Made by a program: the position numbers and the translations under genes
Assembly: GCA_963664875.1 (NCBI GenBank)
Contig: OY761611.1
Coordinates: 2,400,001 to 2,464,000 of the forward strand
Length of the DNA stretch: 64,000 bases
DNA from: Candidatus Kapaibacterium sp.
GTDB taxonomy: Bacteria; Bacteroidota; Ignavibacteria; Kapaibacteriales; UBA2268
Direction of reading: 5' to 3'
Notes under the pieces: generated by a model
The model's database searches: none
What the model was told of the DNA's origin: nothing
Seen by the model: the letters and a program-made list of their open reading frames with translations, nothing else
Part shown: positions 21,213 to 29,295 of the stretch, in pieces
How positions within the stretch are numbered: position 1 is the stretch's first letter
How the letters are laid out: each line of letters begins with the position of its first letter

Positions 21213-21800
21213 ATGGGAATCTTGCAATATTTCGGCCTTGCATTGCAGAAACTAACTCCTGAAGAGCAGGATATATGCATCAAACTTGGCTTTGATGAGG
21301 AGCTAATGCGTCTATTGAAAACTGAAACGGACAGCCCTTTGGCTATTGAAAATTCTAACTTCATAGCAGCGGTGGTTTCACCTGCCAAACCCGAACAGGC
21401 ATATACAATAATCAAAAACTGCAAAAAACGATTTACAGACAGGTCCATGAGGCTCTTCGCAAATAGTGAAAAAGAAAGCGATACTCGAATTGTCTCATTT
21501 TATTCTGTCAACGAAAGTAATATACTTCAGTTTGCCGGCACTAATGGCAAGACTCAAGAAACAACAACAGAAAAGCTAATGGAATATATTGAAAGTTGGG
21601 AGAAACAATGCGATTTTGTTGTAATGGGTGCAGGCAGTGATTGGCTTCAACTCGAATTTGCAACTATTCCCGAAGATAGCCTTTCTTTTGCACAAGAAGT
21701 ATTTGAAATATGCCCTGATATCGCAGATGAAATAAACTCCGAAGAAAAGCTAATCGAGTCCATAAAACGCAGCAAAATCTTAGGTCTGTGGTGGGATTAA
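21213..21800 (+). CDS. DUF4253-domain protein
   Basis: GTNG, GAGSDWL, FAQEVFEICPD, C-terminal LWWD. Confidence 0.8.
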   Translation: MGILQYFGLALQKLTPEEQDICIKLGFDEELMRLLKTETDSPLAIENSNFIAAVVSPAKPEQAYTIIKNCKKRFTDRSMRLFANSEKESDTRIVSFYSVNESNILQFAGTNGKTQETTTEKLMEYIESWEKQCDFVVMGAGSDWLQLEFATIPEDSLSFAQEVFEICPDIADEINSEEKLIESIKRSKILGLWWD

Positions 21801-21836
21801 ACGGGATGTGCCTTTCAGTGCTCATCCCTGATAGTT
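21798..21836 (+). repeat. 39-bp direct repeat, copy 1
   Basis: taaacgggatgtgcctttcagtgctcatccctgatagtt, identical to 23898-23936. Confidence 0.95.
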
Positions 21837-22052
21837 TTGTGCGTGGGTTGTCAGATTATAGCGGAATATGTAAATTATGTAATGATAAATTGAAAAGAAT
21901 GATAGTTTACAAATCTCTCTTAACCAGCAACATCAACCAATAGATGCAACAGTTGTTATATTACTAAATTCTTCTTTCTCAAAGTAGGAGTATCATAGTC
22001 AAGACTCCTTCAGGGGTTTCCTCCTAGAGTTGATAGCCGTTTCGGGTACACC

Positions 22053-22090
22053 AAAAAAAACTCGGCTACAAATACTTATAGTCGAGTTTT
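22053..22090 (-). terminator. Terminator of the lipoprotein pair
   Basis: aaaaaaaactcggcta...tagtcgagtttt. Confidence 0.7.
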
Positions 22091-22114
22091 ATTCAAATTA
22101 TTCTGTCTGAGTAT

Positions 22115-22744
22115 TTAATTTAATTCGTATTTGTAGAGAGTTTCCTCTCTGACAGTTCCGTATTCTTTATCTTCTATGAATCTATAAGCAATACCAATCC
22201 CAGGAATATATTTTTCGATAAACGTATAATTCGGATCATTTGATATAGATTTTAGCTCCCATGCAAAATGAGTTTTCCCATCTAATTCAAAGTTGCTCTT
22301 TTGGACATTATACTTCCTGGAATCAATATAAATAACTCCTTCTTTTTCGATTTTAGTAATAAAAATCGGACTTGCAGATGTGATTGTATGTTCTTCGATA
22401 CCAGAATCAGAAGTAGAATAAACATAATCATTATACTCAAAGAAGTAATTATTGTCAACAAATTCTGTGGTATCGAGAGGATTGACAAAGTACATGGTAA
22501 ATACATTCATTTTACTGCCTTCGTAAGTGTATTCACCTTTTTGCCTAAATGTGATATAGTATTTAGAGATTCTGTCTTGCTCTTCATTTCCGTTATTTTG
22601 ACGCAAATCCATAAACCACTTATTCCCATCGGCTAAAGGCATCAGAGATTCACTCTGCGTGTCATTTGGAGTAATCGGATCATCATCGTCTCCGCAAGAG
22701 ATAATAAAAAGAGAGAGCAATAAAAATAAAGTGAGTTGTTTCAT
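22115..22744 (-). CDS. Hypothetical lipoprotein, paralogue B
   Basis: Lipobox IISC followed by GDDDD; paralogous to 22762..23388. Confidence 0.8.
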   Translation of the reverse strand: MKQLTLFLLLSLFIISCGDDDDPITPNDTQSESLMPLADGNKWFMDLRQNNGNEEQDRISKYYITFRQKGEYTYEGSKMNVFTMYFVNPLDTTEFVDNNYFFEYNDYVYSTSDSGIEEHTITSASPIFITKIEKEGVIYIDSRKYNVQKSNFELDGKTHFAWELKSISNDPNYTFIEKYIPGIGIAYRFIEDKEYGTVREETLYKYELN

Positions 22745-22761
22745 CTTTGATTCCTTTTAGA

Positions 22762-23388
22762 TTAGTGCAATTCATATTTGTAGAGTTTCTGTTCTCTAAT
22801 ATCTCCTGTTTCTTTGTCTTCCCTGTTTTGAAATACCGGCCCAATTCCGGGTACAAAAACAGACCAATCATTATAAGAAGATGTAGAGTCTTTGGTAATC
22901 ATTTCCCATGCTCTGTGAGTTTTCCCATCAAATTCGTATTCTATTTTTTTAACATCGTAAATAGTACCACCTATATTTTGCAGACCTTCCTTATCAATGT
23001 GAGTTGCAAATGCTATAGAGGCACCTATTATTTTACGCATATCTATATCTGTTTGTTCAGCATAATAAGCATAATTGCCAAATTCAAATATTTTACTAAG
23101 CTCATAAGTATCAGTTGTATCATCAACATCAATCATATACAAGCTATACAGAGTAACAGAATTCCCTTCATAAGTATATTTTCCTTTGCTTTTAAAAGTG
23201 TAGTAGAATTCATAGGTCTCATCCGGATTGCTTAAATTATACTCCTGTAGATGCATATACCACTTATTGCCATCAGCAATTGGCCATAGAGACTCACTCT
23301 GCGTGTCAATCGGAGTAATCGGATCATCATCACCTCCGCAAGAGATTATAAAAAGAGAGAGCAATATAAACAGAGCAAGTTGTTTCAT
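22762..23388 (-). CDS. Hypothetical lipoprotein, paralogue A
   Basis: Lipobox IISC followed by GGDDD; shares PxADGNKW, PGIG and LYKYEL motifs with paralogue B. Confidence 0.8.
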   Translation of the reverse strand: MKQLALFILLSLFIISCGGDDDPITPIDTQSESLWPIADGNKWYMHLQEYNLSNPDETYEFYYTFKSKGKYTYEGNSVTLYSLYMIDVDDTTDTYELSKIFEFGNYAYYAEQTDIDMRKIIGASIAFATHIDKEGLQNIGGTIYDVKKIEYEFDGKTHRAWEMITKDSTSSYNDWSVFVPGIGPVFQNREDKETGDIREQKLYKYELH

Positions 23389-23897
23389 TTTTGATTCCTT
23401 ATTTTAATATTCAGTATGAATCTATATATTGATACAAAATAGTAATTCATAAAATAATAAACAAATGTATATTATAATAAATACTGCAAAAACTAAGACC
23501 CAAAATCAAAATCCAAGCTAGTGAAAATAAGAAGCTAACTCATAGATTTTCATAATTTAAATATAATGTTTTATCTTATGGCAAAGGACTTAAACATGCC
23601 TTCAAGCAAAGTTCCTGCTTCGCTTAACTCAGTTAATAAATTTGAGGTGGTGGTCTCCATATTGCTTCGAGGGTAAATTCTGATACTGTTTTGAGTCTTT
23701 CAGTCTCTGGGAAATCCTTCAATCTTCTACATTTCCTTCAACATGCCCTTGATAAACTCACGTTAAGCAAGCATCTTCGACTACAAGCACTCACAAGTAC
23801 AAGCACATAAGGAAACTGAGTAAGTAAAGCGAATAGTTTCTGGCGAGCCTCGTTTGGAGGTTTCCGCTCCATAGAAAATAAACATACTGAGCACATA

Positions 23898-23936
23898 TAA
23901 ACGGGATGTGCCTTTCAGTGCTCATCCCTGATAGTT
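23898..23936 (+). repeat. 39-bp direct repeat, copy 2
   Basis: Identical to 21798-21836 (offset 2100 bp). Confidence 0.95.
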
Positions 23937-24050
23937 AAATATGTTTTTTATCGAAAGATTTTGATATGATGTAGAAGAATAAAATATCGTTTGTTGTGAT
24001 TTAAGTTTTCATCCAGATATTGATACATCCAAAATATTTGGGTATATATT

Positions 24051-24665
24051 CTACTCTACCTCTTCCAATAGCTCAGAATTATACATTTCGCTTGGGGCTA
24101 TCATCAGAGAGTCGTATGGGATATTTCTGCCATATCGTTCTTTCATGATTTGCTGAACTGTAGGCGAATTCAAATCAAAATCTCTCAGTTTGCGGAGTTT
24201 GCCTATTTCTAATCCGGTTGCTTCTTTGTATATCTTCCAAACATATTCTGAGCAGTACATTTTCTCTTCGTCCATGCTAAACATTATATCATAGGGTTTG
24301 CCGAGGTGGCTTTCTGCAATTTTCTGCATCTTAGCAATAACTTCCGGAGTCAGCACTTCACTTGCATTTTTCAGCCTCATAACCTGGAAGTAAGGCCGAG
24401 CTCCCCTATTCAAATAAGAATTTATTTCTGTAATTTGCACGGGAGAAATGGCTTCGTAAACACGCAACTTACCATCTTTTTCGAGCACGATACCAACATG
24501 ACTGAATTTAGAATTAGTCGCTATGTGTATAGCGTCGCTCTGGTCAGAGGGGAAAGTCTGAAAGATTAAATCTCCGTTCTGTAGTTTTTTGGTATCTATA
24601 GTGCTCGCACATGCAGATAGAATCAGTGCAATAGTAGCAATTAGAGCATATAATTTAGTTCGCAT
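24051..24665 (-). CDS. YiiX/YebB-like permuted papain-fold (NlpC/P60) lipoprotein
   Basis: Lipobox LSAC; GDLIFQ, FSHVG (His), KPYD, MYCSEYVWK (Cys). Confidence 0.9.
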   Translation of the reverse strand: MRTKLYALIATIALILSACASTIDTKKLQNGDLIFQTFPSDQSDAIHIATNSKFSHVGIVLEKDGKLRVYEAISPVQITEINSYLNRGARPYFQVMRLKNASEVLTPEVIAKMQKIAESHLGKPYDIMFSMDEEKMYCSEYVWKIYKEATGLEIGKLRKLRDFDLNSPTVQQIMKERYGRNIPYDSLMIAPSEMYNSELLEEVE

Positions 24666-24677
24666 GATAGTACCTCT

Positions 24678-25289
24678 TTATTTTACTTCTACTAATAGTT
24701 CAGAATTAAACATATCGCCGGGTGAAATCATCTTTTCATTGTAAGGAATGTTGTTGCCATACCTTTCTTTTAAGATACGTTGTAATGTTTCTGAAGTTAA
24801 GTCAAAATCTTTAAGCGGTCTAAGTTTACCTATTTCTAATCCGGTAGCTTTTTTATAGATTTTCCAGAGATATTCCGAGCAAAACATCTTCGAGTCTGAC
24901 CAATTGAAATACATATCGTAGCCCTTGCCGAGTTCCTTTTTGGCGAGAGATTCCATTTTCTTCAGCACATTATCAGTAATTACTTTATCAGCATTTTTGA
25001 GTCTTTTGACTACATAATCACTACCCTTACCACGGTTGATATAAGTATCAATATCCACAATCTGCACAGGCGAAACTGCTTCATATACAAACAACTCCCC
25101 ATCCTTTTTAAATACCATCCCTACGTGACTATACTTCGATTTAGTTGCCAGCTGAATAGGAACGCTCTGCCTCGACGTTGAAGTTTGGAAAATCAAATCA
25201 CCGCTTTGCAGCTTATCGAGACTAATGTTGTTATTGCTGCAAGCTGTGATGATAAAGAGAGAGATTAAGATATATAAAATATGTTTCAT
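24678..25289 (-). CDS. YiiX/YebB-like permuted papain-fold lipoprotein (tandem paralogue)
   Basis: Lipobox ITAC; GDLIFQ, YSHVG, MFCSEYLWK. Confidence 0.9.
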   Translation of the reverse strand: MKHILYILISLFIITACSNNNISLDKLQSGDLIFQTSTSRQSVPIQLATKSKYSHVGMVFKKDGELFVYEAVSPVQIVDIDTYINRGKGSDYVVKRLKNADKVITDNVLKKMESLAKKELGKGYDMYFNWSDSKMFCSEYLWKIYKKATGLEIGKLRPLKDFDLTSETLQRILKERYGNNIPYNEKMISPGDMFNSELLVEVK

Positions 25290-25337
25290 GTTATTACCTG
25301 TTGGTTTTGTTTGATTATGTGTTTAGAGCCTGGACTT

Positions 25338-25432
25338 CACCTCGTTCCGCTCGGTAAAAAAACGGGGGATCAGGTGGCGTGTTGTCCACATAGGGCGCTG
25401 CCCTATGCTACTGATTTGAGGCTTTCAGCCTC
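25338..25432. repeat. REPIN-like right half abutting the transposase stop codon
   Basis: cacctcgttccgctcggtaaaaaaacggggg...catagggcgctgccctatgctactgatttgaggctttcagcct; repeated at about 25984-26076 and 26214-26306. Confidence 0.9.
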
Positions 25433-25884
25433 TAATCCCATAAATATTTAGGATTATAATCAACATTCAATTTTTTGAGTATTGCCAATAGTTCTTGTTT
25501 GAAATCGAATCTTTTATGATGTTCATTCTGATGGATGATATAGGAACTGATTTCTTCTATTTGTGAAACATGTACCGAAAAAGCACCATATCCGTCTTGC
25601 CAATAAAATGTACTATATTTTTGATTTTTGTCTTTAATCCATTTTGAAGATGATTTTTTAATTTCTTCAACCAACTTTGCAATTGTTAAATTTTTTGATA
25701 ACATACACAGGATATGTACATGATCTCTTTCTCCCCCGATTTTGACCGGATTACATTTTAAATTTTTACAAATTCCACCAATATAATCATGTAATTCATT
25801 TTCAATAGCTACATCAATTAGTTTTTCTCGGTGTTTTGTACTGAAAACGATATGCAGATAGACTTCAGTAAGTGATTGACTCAT
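25432..25884 (-). CDS. tnpA: Y1 HUH transposase (IS200/IS605 superfamily), REP-associated (RAYT-like)
   Basis: YLHIVFSTKHR, DHVH HUH motif, IKKSSSKWI, FYWQDGYGAFSV, catalytic YIxxQ. Start MSQSL at 25884; no tnpB; flanked by REP palindromes. Confidence 0.9.
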   Translation of the reverse strand: MSQSLTEVYLHIVFSTKHREKLIDVAIENELHDYIGGICKNLKCNPVKIGGERDHVHILCMLSKNLTIAKLVEEIKKSSSKWIKDKNQKYSTFYWQDGYGAFSVHVSQIEEISSYIIHQNEHHKRFDFKQELLAILKKLNVDYNPKYLWD

Positions 25885-25911
25885 ATTTGTATTTCCTATA
25901 ATTAGCAATAT

Positions 25912-26076
25912 CAGCCTGAAAGGCTGTAATCAGTAGCACAGGGTGAAGCCCTGTAAGGGCGTAATCCATAAATTAAATTACTACACCTCGCTCTGCTCGG
26001 TAAGAAACGGGGGTGTGGCTGTGTCTCTACCACATAGGGCGTTGCCCTACGCTACTGATTTGAGGCTTTCAGCCTC
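25912..26076. repeat. REPIN-like unit 1 (internally shortened)
   Basis: cagcctgaaaggctg..atcagtagcacagggtgaagccctgt paired with the inverted arm atagggcgttgccctacgctactgatttgaggctttcagcct. Confidence 0.9.
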
Positions 26077-26107
26077 AATATAATATCTAATACAATTTTT
26101 CTATCTT

Positions 26108-26306
26108 CAGCCTGAAAGGCTGACATCAGTAGCACAGGGTGAAACCCTGTGACAGAGATTTTCACCCGATTTATATAAGCCCTGTAAGGGCGTAATCCTA
26201 ATCTCAAATCACGACATCTCGCTCCGCTTGGTAAAAATGGGTTTGTGGTGGTGTCCCTTTTACATAGGGCGCTGCCCTATGCTACTGATTTGAGGCTTTC
26301 AGCCTC
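26108..26306. repeat. REPIN-like unit 2 (full length)
   Basis: Same arms as unit 1 plus an extra internal segment ending in agccctgtaagggc. Confidence 0.9.
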
Positions 26307-26353
26307 TACTTATCTGTTTTTAGGCTAAAGTTTTTGCATTCATTAGAGTAATC

Positions 26354-26779
26354 CTATATCTTTACTTTTTCAATATTTTCTACACGAAGCCAGTCGTCCA
26401 TGTTGCCGAAATCGGATTTGTCAAAGGAGAAAGGTTCTATTTCCCGGAAATTCTCAATGCTAATCAGGCAAAGGTATCTTTTTCCGGCGAAACGTTTCAT
26501 TAGCTTAGCGTCTAATTGGAGCATGGGTTGCAACTTTTCAACAATTTCTATTGACTCTTCCGGCTCGAGTTTGTTTGTAAATATGGTGTCACTCACTTGA
26601 GACACAGCTTTGACTATTCCATCTCCGTTGTTTTCAGTGAAGTAAAGAGTGTCGCCAATATCAACTCTCTCGTATGGCATTTTTCTGCCCATTGCACCTC
26701 GGATAATCATTGTTTTCTTCCCGGCAATTAGATTATCCAGTTCTTTTGCTTTTTTGTCTAAATAAACTATATGTTCCAT
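26354..26779 (-). CDS. ASCH/PUA-like domain protein
   Basis: LIAGKKTMIIR (GxKTxxxR) and IGDTLYF motifs. Confidence 0.6.
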   Translation of the reverse strand: MEHIVYLDKKAKELDNLIAGKKTMIIRGAMGRKMPYERVDIGDTLYFTENNGDGIVKAVSQVSDTIFTNKLEPEESIEIVEKLQPMLQLDAKLMKRFAGKRYLCLISIENFREIEPFSFDKSDFGNMDDWLRVENIEKVKI

Positions 26780-27372
26780 GACATCTCCAATATTTCTTTC
26801 ACTTTAAAATACGCTATAATATAGTAAAAGTTTTCAGTTAATTTATATATTATAGACATAAAATATAAGTATGATTAAGTAAAAGTTCTTTCAAGGTTTT
26901 GGTTTTCTGCATAAGGGTCAGGATGTGAGGAATGTTTAGCTTGGTTTAGGCAATTTTTTACGTTCTCTCAGAGTTAATCAGTTCGATATTAAATGATAAA
27001 AGAATATTGAACAAAAAATATCCTTGAAAAGAAAATTATTAACCTATTTTTTAGCAAATATCGCTCATTATTCGTATATTGTTGAGTGTATTATAGGATC
27101 CGTGTATTATCGCTAAATATGTGTTAGTATTGGATTTTACTTTGATTTTATAGGGACTGTCTAAGAAGTAGAAACAGCATTATAACAAGTTAGATAGTGG
27201 TAGTAACCACCGTATTTCGATTCTTTGCTCAAGCTCAGTATATAATTTTGCTTATTTAGAGTCAATCTCGAAGAGAAGAGCAAACAAGATTACTTTTGCA
27301 CACTTCATAACTTTCATGACTTCCCAAAAATGGAAATACTCTTTATATATAAATAAATTCCGAAGGTAAGCT

Positions 27373-29295
27373 ATGTATGACTTCAAGTTTAAACCTTTCG
27401 AGGAAATGACGCCCGAGGACTACGCAAAAGTTGGTTTTAAATCCGGTTTGGAGGTGCACCAGCAGCTTCTTACTGAAAAGAAACTATTTTGCCGTTGCCC
27501 TGCCGGTCATTATAACAATCATAAATACCATGCTGAGATTTTGCGACACATGCGGCCGACTCTTTCAGAGCTCGGTGAATATGACGGCACTGCTTTGATG
27601 GAATTCAAAACCAAAAAGGAAATACTTTATCGCATCAATTACGATACTGTTTGTACTTATGAAATGGATGATACTCCTCCGTTTCAGATTAACGATCAGG
27701 CTCTTGATATTGCTATTGAAATAGGTATGATTTATGACGCTACGATTGTGAATGAACTTCATATAGCAAGAAAGCAATACCTCGATGGATCTATTCCTAC
27801 CGGATTCCAAAGGACAGCTATCACCTGCGTTGGTGGTTCTATTCCATTTAAAGACAGAAAAATCAACCTCATCCAGATGTCTATCGAAGAAGATTCCTGC
27901 CGCGAATTTAGCGATCAGGGACACACTCGTATTTATCTTACTGATAGATTAGGCATGCCACTCATCGAAACTGTAACAGAACCTGAAATGAAAACTCCTC
28001 AGGAAGTTGCTGAAGTAAATGAAATCATCAGACGCATAGCACGCTCTACCGGTCATGTTCGCACAGGTATCGGTGCTGGTCGCCAAGATGTTAACGTTTC
28101 TGTTACAGGTGGAACCCGTATCGAAATCAAAGGTGTTCATAAAATCAAAAATATACCAAGATTGACATATAACGAAGCTATGAGGCAGTGGAATCTCCTT
28201 AGACTTAGAGAAGAGCTTGCCAATCGTGGAGTAACTGAAGAGACTTTCGAAGCAAACTACAAAGATGTAACTAAACATTTACGTAAAACCCGATTCCAAA
28301 TAATCAAAGATGCTATCGATGCCGGGAAAATAGTAAATTGTGTCAGACTAAAGGGCTTTAAAGACTTACTCAAGTGGCAAACTCAGACCGATACTGTCTT
28401 CTCTAAAGAGTTATCTGACAGAGTAAGGGTAATAGCCTGTCTTTCAGAATTACCGAATATAATCCATTCGGACAGTCCATCTGAAAAGCTTTCTTCTTAT
28501 GAATGGAGCTCTTTGAAAAAATCAGTTGGTGCTACCGATAAAGATACAATCGTACTTGTTTGGGGTAGCGAAGAAGATGCGGAAACCGGAGCTAAAGAAA
28601 TTATCATCAGAGCCAAAGAAGCAACTATCGGCATTCCGTCTGAAACAAGACAGGCTCTTATTGACGGAACTACCGGTTTTGAGCGTATTCTCCCCGGCCC
28701 TGAAAGGATGTATCCTGATACGGATCTTCCTCCTAAAACTATTTCAGCTGAAAGATTGCAAAGAATAAAAGACTCTCTGACTGAGCCATATTGGGAAAGA
28801 GAAGCCAAATATTATAGCTTAGGTGTGCCGGAAGATTCTATCAAGTCCTTAGCCATTTCGCCTTTTTCTGCAACTTTCGATAAGATAGTAGCGATGGGAG
28901 TAGATGCAAAACTTGCTGCAGTTGCTTTGACTCAGTTTGTCAAACGTCTAAACAAAAAAGGTTACGAAACAGAATACCTTACTGAGGAGCATTTCCTAAA
29001 TATTTTTGAATTGTTCAAAAGCGGAAAATTAGCTAAAGATGGTATTTATGATGCAATCAAAAGAGCGATAGTTTTAGGAGAAGTATCATCTCATAATTTG
29101 CCTGAAAAATGCTCCGAATCTGAAATGAAAGGCAGAATCAACGAAGCAAAAGAATTGATGAATAAAATACGAATCAAATATCCTGACAAAAAAGGTAAAA
29201 TATTTATGGGCTCTATCATGAAAAAGCTTCGTGGCAGAGTTGATGGAGTTGAAATACTCAAACTTGTTAATGAATTTAAGCCGGAGGAAGTATAA
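27373..29295 (+). CDS. gatE: Glu-tRNA(Gln) amidotransferase subunit GatE (archaeal type)
   Basis: GLEVHQQL..KKLFCRCP, RPTLSELGEYD, DGSIPTGFQRTA, DRLGMPLIE, GIGAGRQDVNVS; GatE-specific AspRS-like insertion around aa 290-420; RMYPDTDLPP; 640 aa. Confidence 0.93.
   Translation: MYDFKFKPFEEMTPEDYAKVGFKSGLEVHQQLLTEKKLFCRCPAGHYNNHKYHAEILRHMRPTLSELGEYDGTALMEFKTKKEILYRINYDTVCTYEMDDTPPFQINDQALDIAIEIGMIYDATIVNELHIARKQYLDGSIPTGFQRTAITCVGGSIPFKDRKINLIQMSIEEDSCREFSDQGHTRIYLTDRLGMPLIETVTEPEMKTPQEVAEVNEIIRRIARSTGHVRTGIGAGRQDVNVSVTGGTRIEIKGVHKIKNIPRLTYNEAMRQWNLLRLREELANRGVTEETFEANYKDVTKHLRKTRFQIIKDAIDAGKIVNCVRLKGFKDLLKWQTQTDTVFSKELSDRVRVIACLSELPNIIHSDSPSEKLSSYEWSSLKKSVGATDKDTIVLVWGSEEDAETGAKEIIIRAKEATIGIPSETRQALIDGTTGFERILPGPERMYPDTDLPPKTISAERLQRIKDSLTEPYWEREAKYYSLGVPEDSIKSLAISPFSATFDKIVAMGVDAKLAAVALTQFVKRLNKKGYETEYLTEEHFLNIFELFKSGKLAKDGIYDAIKRAIVLGEVSSHNLPEKCSESEMKGRINEAKELMNKIRIKYPDKKGKIFMGSIMKKLRGRVDGVEILKLVNEFKPEEV

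Noticed and set aside
21798-23936. Integron cassettes (attC)
   Set aside because: No integron integrase, no convincing RYYYAAC/GTTRRRY boxes, and no site between the two lipoprotein genes.
25338-26306. CRISPR array
   Set aside because: Repeats alternate in orientation, the intervening sequences resemble one another, and there are no cas genes; REPIN architecture fits better.
26780-27372. tRNA(Gln), T-box or riboswitch upstream of gatE
   Set aside because: No cloverleaf, T-loop or T-box motif recognisable by eye; tRNAscan-SE or Rfam would be decisive.
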